Shown in pieces: positions 24,326-36,300 of a stretch of DNA of 64,000 nucleotides. The stretch is from Takakia lepidozioides (taxonomy: Eukaryota > Plantae > Bryophyta): the NCBI GenBank assembly GCA_030704615.1, contig CM060734.1, positions 50,592,001-50,656,000 of the forward strand, in the 5' to 3' direction. Position 1 is the first letter of the stretch. The number at the start of each line of letters is the position of its first letter. The position numbers were made by a program, and so were the translations under genes. The notes under the pieces were generated by a model, which was given only the letters and a program-made list of their open reading frames with translations, had not been told where the DNA came from and searched no databases.

Positions 24326-27300
24326 GTGGGGGAGGTGCACATTGTGAGTGTCATCACGGAGTTACCCAGGGGTTCTGAGGGGAGTACAACTACAGGCAGT
24401 AGCAGTGAGAGTGGGTTCACCAAACGAGGTGTTCGTTTCAGACCACCTTCACCTCCACCCTCAACTAGTGCAGAGTCAGACACAGACTCGGAGGCTTCAT
24501 CAACAGGTGTGCAGTTTCATTCGCCATTGTTGTGGGACGACATGGAGGAGATGTATGGAGCTACCAAGGGGTCTCGTAGGTACTCTGGAGCTGTGGGCAC
24601 AATTGAGCTGGATGACTTTATCCAGGAGTTCGACAGCTGGTGTGATTTGCAGCAGATGCGCAATCCACAACTGTTCACTCCATTCATGGCGTGGAAGGGA
24701 CTGTTCCAGCATTTGGAAGGCCCGCCTATGGACGATTACCACGAGTTCAGGCGAGGACATGAAGCGGAGATTGAGGAGTGGAGGATGTATTGGTCACCTG
24801 ACTACGTCTCCATTACTCGAGGCACGACGCGACCAGTAGCTGCATCAGTACCAATAGCTCCCACTGCCAGCACTACTAGTGGAGCAAGTAGTGCTGGTAC
24901 TTCTGCAGGTGGTACCAGTTCAAAAGGTGCTACTACTCCTCCTGCCACGACTACAACACATGTGCCTAGATTCAACCCGGTGGTGGAGTTCTTCCAGGAG
25001 TTGCGGAGGAACTACCAAGGTGTACGGACAGAGAAGCTGCGAAGTTTGCAAGACTTCCAGCGCAAACCCAGTGAGAGCCTGCGAGAGGCGTACATTCGTA
25101 TGAGGCGCTTGATAAGTGTGACCCAAGGGGTTACTGAAGCTCAGGCAATCCAGTTTTGGTATGGAATTCTGGATAAAGAGCTCAAGAGAAGGGTGCGAGA
25201 TGCAACCCTGTTACAAGCAGCCCAACCCACATTAGCAGATGTGTTTCTGCTGGCTGAGCGGATTGAGCTCAACATGGTGGAGGAGCGAGTTGTTACCATT
25301 GGATTTGGCAAGGACATGCCTACACAAGGCGTAGCTGCCAGCCCACAGGCACAAGGAACCGCTCAACAGCGTGGTCAGGGGGGCAAGGTTTCCCAACCCA
25401 AGTTCCATGGAGCTTACATGGGACCTCAGGTGCAGAGGCCCGTGGCATCTTTTGCAGGCCAACAGCAACCAGGGGTGATATGTTGGACATGTGGAGGACC
25501 CCATGTCAAGAGAGATTGCCCAGAGAGTGGCAGAATGCCGGCACAAGCACAGCCTGCACAGTTGCAGTGTGGGCATTGTGGCAAGTATGGGCATGGAGAT
25601 GCCCAGTGTTATGACTTGCATCCTGAGTTGCGCCCAGGCCAGTTCCAAGGGAACAATGGTGGCCGGGGGCGAGGTGGACCAGCCCAGAGAGGATGAGGTG
25701 GTCGGGCACGAGGTGCAGGCCAAGGGCAAGCTCAACATAGCCAAGGACGCGGTGGTCAGGGTGTTGACCAAGGCATGGCCAACCGGCTTCAGCAGCTAGA
25801 GCAGAGGCTCGCTGCAAATGGCTATAACTCAGTTTGTACCGGCTCCCAGGCGGGATGGTCCACCTCCTGCTCCTGAGGGAGGAGATATGGGAGGCATGGG
25901 ATTCATGTGCGGAGCAGCACTACCACTAGTGCAGGTGGAGTTTGCTGCACCCGTGACTCGAGGAGCAGCACGAGCTCCTGAGCCACGAGGTGCAGAGGTG
26001 GAGTTGGATCCACAACATGGGGAGGCAAGCCGTCAGGCGAGGCTGCCTCAGTCATTCACCTTGGCGGAGACAGTGTCAACGCCATCCATGGCACCTAGTT
26101 CTCGCCCGACTGTTACCGAGGCGGAGGTTACTATGCCATTGGGGAGAGCTACACGTGTAGCACTGACACCTGCTGCCAAGGCTAGTGCAGCCGGTGTGTT
26201 GTTGGGGGCAGCCACCTCTGTGTGTCAAGCCCCACTGTTCTCGGCAACCATGATTGCGACGCCGGGGGTAAGACCTGCTGCAGTGTTCAGACTAGCAGCA
26301 ACACTCTGTGAGAGTGGGGAGGTCACTTCATCTTCTGCGGAGTTACTGGAAGGTGTAGTGGTAGAGGGATCCTCGGATTTGAGGGTCAAGACTGCCACGG
26401 CTGCGCCATGGCAAGCTGCAGCTGCCAGGTTGACGGAGCTGCCAGCTAGGCCAGCCTTTGAGCGCGCCATGGTGACACCTGGAGTTGTCTTGTTAGACAA
26501 CCAGGATGACATTTTCTCTTTGAGTGGACCGGCAGGCAAGAAGTACCGGCCACAGCGGGTCTTGTTGGACTCGGGAGCCTAGCCACTGATGTTGGGCAGA
26601 GCTGCTATTGCAAGTTTGGGCCTCATGGAGGCGGATATGGAGCCTTGTCCTTTCCAGATACAAACATCTCTAGGAGGATCAGAGCAGGCTCGGGGCATGA
26701 CACGGCATCAGTTGGCCATTAGACTACAGCCAGATCATCCTGTAGATGGCTCAGTGATGCGGGTCAAGGCCATTGTGACAGACGCAATCTCTTACGATGT
26801 CCTCGTTGGTGGGGCAGTGTTATATCCCATGGGCTTCACCCTGGACTTCTGGGAGGAGTCAGCATCCTACAGGCCTGGATGGCAGTCAGGGGATGGTCGC
26901 CGTGCACAGCTCCCTGTGACATTCATTGGGGGTATTGCAGCTGCCCAGCGGGGCAAGATGCCAACACTAGCCGCCTTCACAGCTGCAGTTAGTTGGCCTG
27001 GAGAGTTGCTGGAAGGCAATGCCCATGCAGAGGATGTGCCACATCCAGCAGAGCAGGATGACATGCATGGTACGGCGGAGTTGCCTGCCATGGTTGCTCA
27101 CACTCCATTGTGGGGTACGAGCAAGGATTTGCAGCTAGCTGCTGATGGACGGGTGCAACAAGCTTGGGTAGAAGCTTTTGTACCGTCAGGAGAGGAGGAG
27201 AGTGCGGTGATTGCACCAGGGCCACCTCAGTTGTCGCCATTGGACGCCACACCTCTTGTGTGGCAGCGCTCGGATGAAGGCATATGCCTTCTGGACTTAT

Positions 27301-28529
27301 TTGGCGGGATCAGCACTGGATTGGCTGCAGTGCTGCAGGCAGGTGTACGAGTTCGACGTTACCTGTATGTGGAGAAGGATGAGACTGCACGACGCGTCTC
27401 ACTGCGCCATGTTGCTCGGATGTTGCAGCAGTACCCTGAGTTGTTGCCGGTGTCTGCAGTTCGTGGATATCAGCAGGCCCTGCCAGCAGACATTGCGTTG
27501 CTGGGGGCGCAGGATTTGGAGCGGGTTGGCTCCATTGATCTGGTAGTGGCAGGTTGGCCCTGCCAAGGGCATTCATCAGCCGGGCATGGCAATGGATTGC
27601 TAGACTCGAGGACGGGTTTGTTTTGGGAGATGGTGCGGATTTTGCGCTACTTGCAGCTTCATCAAGCTGTATCTCCGGCATACATCTTGGAGAATGTGCC
27701 GCTGATGGGTGATTCTCGGGCCAGGGTGATGGCCAGTGTGCATCAAGTCCGGTCGTGGCTTGGGACAGCAGTGTTGCTGGATGCAGCTGCAGTGGGGTCA
27801 CGGGCTCATCGTCCACGACTATGGTGGACTAACTTGATGCCACCCGCACTGCTCAAGCGTGCATTTGATGGGGTGCAGCGGCCAGCACACCTCACCGTGG
27901 ATGGCATTTTGGACACAGGAAGGCAGTCTCAACGTGTGAGACACGATGACCGTTCGCCTTTGGCAGTGGTCAACAGGGTGGGTCAACCACGAGCAGCATT
28001 ACCTACACTGCTCAGCTTCCCAGGATCCCATGCTTTTTGGGATGGTGGACCTGGCCTCCTGTTGGATGCTCAGTTGCAGCAGTTAGTGGAGCCTAATGCC
28101 GACGAGCGAGAGCGGGCTATGGGGTTTTCCACTGGGACCACGGCGGTGCCTTCTCTTTCTGAGGCATCACGTCGTCAGGTGTTGGGGCAAGCAATGGATC
28201 TCAATTGCTTGACCTGGATTATCAGCTTGGCTATGGCTGAGCAACGTAGAGTGCAGAGTGCACTTCCCTTGACGGTCTCTCTACCTACCGAGACGGTACA
28301 GGCAGCGAGTGGGGGCGAGCCGGTGAGGACCACGGGGTGTAGACATCCATGGCACACGTGGGAGGTGCTCGAAGTTCAGAGGGAGTTGGCAGCCAAGGCA
28401 GCTGTGATGGATGAGGTTGGGGATTCTTCTCGGAATGAGGAGGTTCTCAATGATGAGATGATGGGGCAGGATGAGGCCTTGTCATTGACTGAGCAGGAAG
28501 GGAATACTGCTCAAGAGGTTGCAGCATAA
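24326..28529 (+). pseudogene. Copy 1 Gag - aspartic protease - C5 methyltransferase ORF (2 premature stops, 1 frameshift)
   Basis: Gag with knuckles CWTCGGPHVKRDC and CGHCGKYGHGDAQC, RGG-rich linker, protease LLDSGA (~26562-26579). Lesions TGA 25694, +1 A at ~25817 and TAG 26580 correspond to CGA, no insertion and CAG in copy 2, so the ancestral ORF was continuous. Confidence 0.92.
27279..28240 (+). CDS. DNMT3-like C5 cytosine methyltransferase domain (uninterrupted in copy 1)
   Basis: Motif I LDLFGGISTG, II YVEKD, IV AGWPCQG (catalytic Cys 27561-27563), VI ILENV, VIII AHRPRLWWTNL, IX ERERAMGF, X RRQVLGQAM, in unpermuted order. Confidence 0.95.
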
Positions 28530-31500
28530 CAACCACGGGACGCGTCCTCTACCTCTAAGCCCACTGGACTTAAGGTTGCAGTTACGGAGGACAATTGGGA
28601 GCCTGACATTGGACCCATTGTCACCGGAGGAGAGAGACGACGTATACGGCGGTTCCTGAGGGCTTACAGGAATTGCTTTGCCTTCAGTTTGAAGGACTTG
28701 GGAGCACTGAAGGGTCAAGAGATCCGTATTGAGTTGGCCACTGACATGCCAATCTTTCGAAGACCCTATAGATACAGTGACATGGAGAGGTCTTTGATTC
28801 AGATGAGGACTCAAGATCTCTGGGAGGAAGGTTTGGTGGAGCTCTCTGGTGGAGAGTATGCTTCAGCCACAGTGATGCCAGCCAAGAAGGATGTCTATGG
28901 CAATTGGACGGAGAGACGTATGTGCGGTGATTACCGGCCTGTAAATCGTCAGACCAAGTCCGATAGGTATGCCATGCCGACACCAGAGGAGATCTTTGAT
29001 GCCATTGGGCATTCCAAGGTCTATAGCACATTGGATTTACGATCCGGATATCACCAGTTGCCGATCAAGGAGGCGGATAAGCAAAAGACGGCATTCTGGG
29101 GGATCAATGAGCACGGGAAGAATTGCCTATACCAGTGGCGGTTCTTACCATTTGGGCTTAAAAACGCTCCCGCTGAGTTTCAAAGAGTCATGGACAGGAT
29201 TCTAGCAGGGGTGGAGTTTGCTCGGTGCTACATAGATGACATCATCATCTTTAGTGCTACGGTGGAGGAGCATGAGAGACACCTTCAGGGGGTATTTCAG
29301 CGCTTGAGGGCGCACGGATTGAAGTTACATCCGGGGAAGTGCAAGTTTTTCCACAACCAGATTGAGTATCTGGGTCACATGATATATCCTGGAGGATTGG
29401 GGGTACAGCAGACTAAGGTAGAGTCCATTGCACAGGTTCCACGCCCCACAGATGTGAGCCGAGTTCGAACTTTCATGGGGTTAGCAAACTATTACAGACG
29501 ATTTGTTAAGGGATTTAGCGCCATTGCAAAGGCTCTAACCAAGCTGACCAAGGTGGACCAGGAGTGGCAGTGGGAAGATGAGCAAGAACAAGCTTTTCAA
29601 GAGCTCAAGGCGAGGTTGACCTCGGCGCCCATCTTGAGACGACCTATCAGGGGGCGTCCTTTTCAGCTGCATACAGATTGGAGCATGTTGGGGCTTGGAG
29701 CGGTGCTCACACAGGTGGATGATGAGGGAAGAGAGTTCGTAGTGGCTTATGCTAGCCGCTCGAACAACGCTGCAGAGTCTAAGTATAGCTCATATGAGGG
29801 AGAATGCTTAGCTGCAGTGTGGGCCGTGGCACACTTCAAGTGCTATCTATACGGCAATCTCTTCACCCTTGTCACGGATCACCAACCACTCAAGTGGTTG
29901 ATGGAGTCAGACAAGCTTACGGGGAAGCTTGCACGGTGGGCACTCATCCTTCAAGAGTATGACTTTCAGGTTGTGCATGGACCGGGTTTGGTAAATCGGG
30001 ATGCAGATGGGTTGAGTCGCAATCCATGCACGAGCCAGCAGAATGATACTGGAGCTCGGTGGCATGGTGAGACGGACGAGGAGATGGTGCCCGGATGGCA
30101 TGCATCTGCATTTCTCTGTATCTTGGCAGCGGAAGGTCAGGTTGGACCTGCAACAGGGATGACTGTAGATCAAGTGTCTGAGGACCCTGAGGCCAACAAT
30201 GGAGCAAGGTGGCGCCAAAGATATACATGAGGATTCAGTTGTGTTGGACTACCTCCGCACTGGAGACACTGCAGCCACTGTGACTGCCAATGAGAGGGAT
30301 CGGATCCTACAACGAGCCAAGAGGTTCAAGGACACACCTGCTCCGAGTGTGGGAGGATGGTCGAGTGAGGATTGTGCCTCACCCAACACACCGGGCACGG
30401 TTAGTGCGGCATGCCCATGAGGAGTTGGGGCATTTTGGGGTGCGACGCACTCATAGTCTACTGCAGGGGCAGTATTGGTGGCGTGGTATGCACACAGAGT
30501 GCAACAACTTGTGGCTAGGTGCATGGTGTGTGACAGGGTGCGTGCTTCATTCAACGCCCCTACTCCACAATTGCACCCCTCTTCCGATCATGGGATTGGG
30601 CTACAGGTGGAGTCTTCACTTCGCAGGGGCGTTGCCACTGACCATGCGCCACAACAAGTACGTGTTGGTGATGGTGGAGCACTTCTCCAAGTGTATTGAA
30701 TTGGTTCCATTGCCTGATAAGGCTAGTGAGGGAGCTGCGTATGCATTCTTGGATTGTGTGCTTAGCCGATTCGGTGCTCCAGCTGAGGTACTCACGGACC
30801 AAGGAGAGAGTTCTTGGGGGAGTTTCAGGCTTTGTGTGACAAGGCCTTGATAGACCACCGCACCACTTCTTGGGATCATCCTGAGGCCAATGGCTTGGCA
30901 GAGAGAGTTGTTCAGATAGTAATAAAGAGGGGTTTGCGCAAGTATGGCTTGCAGAAGGGACACCTAGGAGATTGGGACCTTCAGTTACCCTGGTTAGCCA
31001 TGGGCTACAGGTTCAGCAAGCAAGCATCACTTGCCTCCTTCTCACCATACTTTCTTCTCTTTGGCCAAGAGCCGGATTTGCCTACATCCATTCGCAGAGA
31101 AGCTGCTACAGTTCTTAACCTTGACGATCCGGACGTGTGGGCACGTGCATGTGAGCAGCGTGCAGAGTTGTTCAAGAGAGTCATGCCCATGGCTTTCGAG
31201 AACCTTGCCATTGCAAAACATCGTGATACGTTGAGGTATGCTACCATACGTGGTGGGGGCTATCGTCCTGGGGTTCGGAGATTCAACCCTGGTGACTATG
31301 TCTATCTGCAGCAGACTGCTCCTACGACCCTGGATGTGACTGCAGGACGTGTTATTTTGAGGGTTCGAGAGGTCTTGCCCTCAGGCGTCTTGGTCTTGGG
31401 GGGTCGGGATGGCATAACTTGGAAGGACCATGTGCATAATTGTGCGCCATGTCACCTTCCGAATGTCGATGGCAGGATTGACCCAAACCGGCAGTGGTAT

Positions 31501-31658
31501 CTGCAGGTTTGAGGTGCATGTTGTGTGGGTCTGCTAAAGGGGCAGCCACCATGCTGGTGTGTGATCGATGCTCTAGAGGTTGGCATATGGGATGCTTGAC
31601 TCCACCTCTTGAGATGGTTCCAGATGGGGATTGGTTATGTCCGCATTGCATTGGATAG
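28530..31658 (+). pseudogene. Copy 1 RT - RNase H - integrase - PHD finger (frameshifted in the integrase region)
   Basis: RMCGDYRPVN, LDLRSGYHQ, PFGLKNAP, YIDD; LHTDWS, TDHQPL; HEELGH..C..C, TDQG, GLAER; PHD CMLC...CDRC...HMGC...CPHC at 31515-31650. Confidence 0.95.
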
Positions 31659-31917
31659 TGGGACTGGATACAACCATGGAAGGCTAACAAGAAACGCAAA
31701 GCCCAGCTACTAGGAGACCTTGAACACACGAGATCCTGGCTCAAGTTCACAGATTGCAAGACGGCGACTAACGATGGGGCTACTCTGTACCCGGCCTCTT
31801 GGTCTATAGAGTTTGAGTACAATAGGGACAGTGATAGAGGACTTAGTAGCGCTGTGGCTATTACATCTTGTAGCTATCTGGAGTAAGAGGGACATATCCA
31901 CCAGCTAGGGGGGCGAT

Positions 31918-32443
31918 TGTGGCAGACTACTTTATTGTGCATATATGTGTGGTGTGGTTTGGACAGCGATGTAATTGTGTAGCGATATGTATGCGCACGA
32001 CAGCTGTCAAGTTAAATAAGCACAGTGTGACAACAGCTAGAATAAAACTAGTTATTTGTATTTAACACTTGGATTTAGGTCAAGTGTTAAATCAGGTATC
32101 AAGTTTAATTTGACACCTGGTCCGTCTTATCTTCACGAGAGCGGCAGTCGCGCAGCTCATCTTCTCGGTTGAGCCTGCGCGACCGAGCTCCTGCATGCGT
32201 TTAGATCTGAGTGTACTCATGATGGGAGTGTAGGTTGTGTGGGGTGGGGTGGAGTCCCCATAGCTTGGGGTGCCCCTGGCTCGACTACTATTTCTAAGAG
32301 TGATGGTTTGGTTTTCATGTTTTGTGTCAACAGTGTGTTCTTGGGTTTTCTTATCCATTGTGGCAGACTACTTTATTGTGCATATATGTGTGGTGTGGTT
32401 TGGACAGCGATGTAGTTGTGTAGCGATATGTATGCGCAAGACA
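31918..32443 (+). repeat. Copy 1 right terminus: B1 (31918-32002) - GC - A2 (32005-32355) - CAT - B2 (32359-32443)
   Basis: Two 85-bp TGTGG...GACA repeats (2 mismatches) flank the second copy of A. Confidence 0.95.
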
Positions 32444-32447
32444 TGGC

Positions 32448-33784
32448 GTCCTTCGAAAAATGAGAGGAGTGACGCATGTTGTCTTTGGTGTCGACCCATG
32501 TAACAATTGTGAGTAGCCCCTCAGGGCCAAACTTGGAAATGACCGGAGCCTTGCACCGTTCCTGGCAATAACAGGGTTGATTGCAATTGTAGTTTTTCTT
32601 TCTTTGGTGTAGTCCTTGATGATATCTGCCTGTGTGGAAGTGTGCGGGTGGGGTTGCTAGAGCTAGCCTTTGGGATAGAGTTGTGGGCTTGATCGGATCT
32701 GGGGCGGGGTGGGGGGGCAGCTCCAGCCATTTGTGGAGCTGGTGCCAATACAGTAGCTGCCGCTTCTGCCCTCATGGGGTCCACATGGTCTTTAAGCCTC
32801 TTTCCGGGGGAAGGAAGAAGATGAGGTAGAAAGGTCCCAATTTCCTTGGTTGGGAAAGAGAGAGTCATTGAGTCTTTTCTGCTACTTTGTGGACTGCAGC
32901 TGCTGGGGCTACCGCATCAGGGTCTTTTCGATTTGCATTAGACTAGAATTGTCTTGATTTGAGATTGTGAGCCAAAGCATGTGCCTGAGAGTTGGGGGAG
33001 CCGTGCACGGAGGTTCTCTTGCGCTTAGCTTTTGGGCAGTTGACCCTCAGATGGCCTGTCTGGCCGCAAGTGTAGCAAGCGGAAGATGAAGTGTCTTCAG
33101 TGATTTTTACTGAGAAATAATTACCTTCCCTGTCAATTGGCAGACGAATAAACTCCGGCAGTATTGCATCAGCTGGCATTGAGACCACAATCTTTGCAAA
33201 ACCCGTATCATGAATTTTCGATGCAATTGTTACTCCTCCACGCTGGATGTTTTTTAGAGCCTTTGTGCACATCTCCGGATCAAAGACTGAGAGGCAGCCT
33301 AAGAAAACTCCAAAGTGATTGCCTATATTAGGTAGGCAGAAGAGGTACTGATCCGGGATATATGGAAGAGCTAAAGTCCTGGGGGCCCATACTTTCCCGT
33401 TACGGTTGCCTAGTGCCGCTGACCAGGGGAAAATATTAATGTTGAATCCCAGGAGGTGTGGGTTCGATGAGAGGGCTCGATCTGCTGCTTCTTTTGTACC
33501 TAGCAGGATGGAATAGAAGCCTTTGCCTCTGGAGTGGCAGAACTGCTGCTTTATGTCCCCTGATCCCCCCAAGTGCTTGATTGCCCATTCCCTTGCTATA
33601 TCCCTGTCCACTTTTTTTCCCAGTGCGGAGTAAGTCTAGTTAGCAATCCCAATCCCAGTATTTCGGTGACCATGTCATCGACGAAATCAAGGTCCACATC
33701 AACTAGTGGATCATTCTCGGACATTGCAAGTTGCAGAGCCGAGGGTGCTTCCGATTGTTCCAGCATGCCAGTCCATGATTCCAT
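32448..33784 (-). pseudogene. LINE ORF1 (RRM-like region + CCHC zinc knuckle), N-terminal part
   Basis: GKGFYSILL...INIFPW...CYTCGQTGHLRVNC. Same strand as, and upstream of, ORF2. Confidence 0.8.
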
Positions 33785-34133
33785 TGAAGCTGCTTTCTAC
33801 ACGGTGAGAGTTGCTAGAGGCGCCATTACACTGATGTAGGGTGCGAGCGAGTAATTTGGACTGGGAAGTGCGACGAGGAAGGATCGTGGAGGTGGAGCTA
33901 GGGAGTCGCTCCACTGTCGATGCAAATTTGGTTTGCGCCTGGTGCGCCATGAAGAAGCCCATTCCCGAAGAGGGCTGTGATTGGCGAAAGACTGGAAGTC
34001 GAGTGTAGTTGTGTTGTCGGCCTTTAGCCCCTCCCATACGGCTACTGCTTGGGTAAGGTCATGGAGAAGGATGGTGACAATACCAAGTTGACAGGGATCA
34101 GTACAAGAGGCAGATCTTCCAGCAGGAAGAAGG

Positions 34134-34495
34134 TGTCATGGTTTTAGTCATGGTTATCTAGAATTACCTACTTCTAGTTAACTAGGACATTTTAGATATT
34201 TATATTTATATTTTGGTGTTGGGGACTTCATTTGGTCTCACATGCAAATGAGGTGTCGAGCCTCACTTGAGACATGGAGATAGGTTTCCCCTTGGAGTGT
34301 TGAGAGGCTCATCTTCTTGTAGTGAGCCTCCATGAGCCTCTCCCACCTCCATAGCTCTAGGTATTGAGAGGGAGTGTGGTGAGGGCTTTGTAGGGTGGAT
34401 TCCCTTAGCAAAGGTGCCCTTGGCTTGACTTAGTTTATGTGATTGAGTGGATTCATGAGTGGAGTGTTTCCATTGTGTGTTCACTTCCATTATCA
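34134..34495 (+). repeat. Copy 2 left terminal repeat A1' (362 bp, TG...TTATCA)
   Basis: Direct repeat of 44669-45040. Not alignable by eye to copy 1 A except at the termini and around the hairpin. Confidence 0.95.
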
Positions 34496-35852
34496 CTACA
34501 AGAGAATTCTCCTTATGCTGTGAGTGCGGAGTGTAAGGGTTAGTAGCACTTGTGTGTTGGAGAGAGCTGGGAAAGAGCTCTTGTGTTGCAAGGTATTGAA
34601 GGTTTTGCACGGAAAATCCTTGTGGCGTGGAGAACATGGATTTGGTAGGTTTGAGAAGCATTACTTTGCTCTATAGCGGGGGGCAGCTTTTGAAAAGAGC
34701 TCTTGCATCACAAGAGAAGTGTTGTGTGTGGAGAAGATAGACACTAGGGTTTCAAGAGCAAGCTCTAGTTGTTCATGGTGTGAAAGAGAAGCCAAGAGCG
34801 GCACATGCTTGGGTTGGAAACACCATAGAAGGAGTACAACAAAGGGTAGCTTGAGGAGCATTGAGTAGCTCAAGAGAAGCTAAAAGTGGTTGTTCTATCC
34901 ATGGTGAAATGAAGCCAAGTGGGGTTTCATTTGGTTGACAAACAGCAAACGAAGGCGGCGCTAGAAGGGAGTGCTTTTGCTAGTTCTATGAGTTCTTGGA
35001 TTGCTCTTGGTCAAGCAAGTGATTGACCAAGCAAGTGACGCATGTGTGGAGCATGCTTTCCAAGTGTGGCTTCCATTCAAGCTTGAGGAGAGCTAGAAGG
35101 TGAAGTGAGCAAGTTCATTCATTGTGTATGAGGTGGTGCATGTTGTGGAAGAAAAGCCAAGGATCTACATAGGCTAGGGCTTGAAGACAACAAAAGCAAC
35201 CACTTGGAGAGCATCTAGAAGCTCAAGATGACTCCAAAGGGAAGCATGTGGGTGAGAATTCTATCCATGATGATGTGAAACCAAGCCTAGAGTATTGAAG
35301 AGCTTGGAGCACATGTGGGAGATCATTGGAGGTGGTCTTCATGAAGAAAGGAGATTGTGGCTCACGGCATGCATAGCAACTTCAACCATACATTAGCATG
35401 TGACAAGACAAGGAAGGGGAAGGTGAAGCTCATGTATTCATTCTTTTTTTGCTTAAGTTTTGTGGTGGATGGTTGATCAAGCAAGTGATGCTTATGTGGA
35501 ACATGCTCTAAGGCTTGTGACTTCAAGTCTGAGAAGATGAGCTCTTGAATAGAGGTGTGGATACACATTATGATGAATGAAGACAACACCTAGGTCAAGA
35601 GGTGGGAGTGTGTGTGACTAACCCATGCAAGGGAAAGCACATGGAAGATGGCATACAAAATTCAAATTCAAGCAAGGCTTGGCGCTTGTCATTGGGCACA
35701 TTAGTGTGCTATGAGTTCCAAGGAGATCAAGAGGAACTTGTCAATTTGGGATGAATGCATTACAAAGTAAGATAATGCAATCTTGCATGCATGTTAGGGG
35801 GGAAGATACCATGAAGAAGGTGTTTCCTACTATACTCTACAGACCCTAGTCT

Positions 35853-36300
35853 CCATACTCTTCAAGAAACTGAGTATGGACTCCCTCTGCCCATCATACA
35901 CTTTTAAGAACAGAGTATGGAACCCCTCTCCCCAACATACACTTTTGTGAACAAGGTATGGGCCCCCTCTGCCCAACATACGTTTTTATGAACAGTGTAT
36001 GGGCTCCCTCTGCCCCGCCATACTCTTTTAAGAACAAAGTATGGATACAAGTTGAGAGACTTTGCCTACCATACGTTTTCATTAAAAGTGTATGAAATCT
36101 AGGGTGTATCTGGAGGAGTATTGCCTTTGGAGGATCTTTGGGGGGTCATTTGAGGAGGTTTTGTAAGACACTTGAAGAGCTCTTGAAGGGGTTTTTGGAG
36201 GACTATTTGGAGGACTATTGGGGGTCCTTGAAGACCAATATTTGGCAAACATTTGGAGCTTTGGAGGGCTATTTGGAAGACTATTTTGGGGTCCTTGGAG
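35853..36300. repeat. Tandem arrays in the copy 2 leader: ~40-bp units (CATAC...GTATGG...CTCTGCCC, about 5-6 copies) then ~12-bp GGAGGACTATTT-like units
   Basis: Directly visible degenerate tandem units with no unique spacers. Confidence 0.8.

Larger units (their letters stand above)
20777..32443 (+). mobile_element. Ty3/Gypsy retrotransposon copy 1 with C5-DNA methyltransferase and PHD finger; split/permuted termini A...B-A-B
   Basis: TGTC...GACA ends, 4-bp TSD TGGC (20773-20776 / 32444-32447), domain order Gag-PR-MTase-RT-RH-IN-PHD, PPT AGGGGGGCG at 31907-31915. Confidence 0.95.

Noticed and set aside
26589-28529. Bacterial restriction-modification MTase (contamination) or the host DNMT3/DRM gene
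   Set aside because: The domain is intronless and in frame within a Gag-protease polyprotein in two TSD-bounded elements, embedded among spliced plant genes.
31918-32443. B-A-B as a chance solo-LTR insertion or assembly duplication
   Set aside because: The same geometry, with 85-bp B and 2-nt spacer, recurs in a second element with different sequence. B copies differ from each other, and the TSDs lie outside A1 and B2.
35853-36080. CRISPR-like array
   Set aside because: Degenerate tandem units without unique spacers, no cas genes, eukaryotic context.
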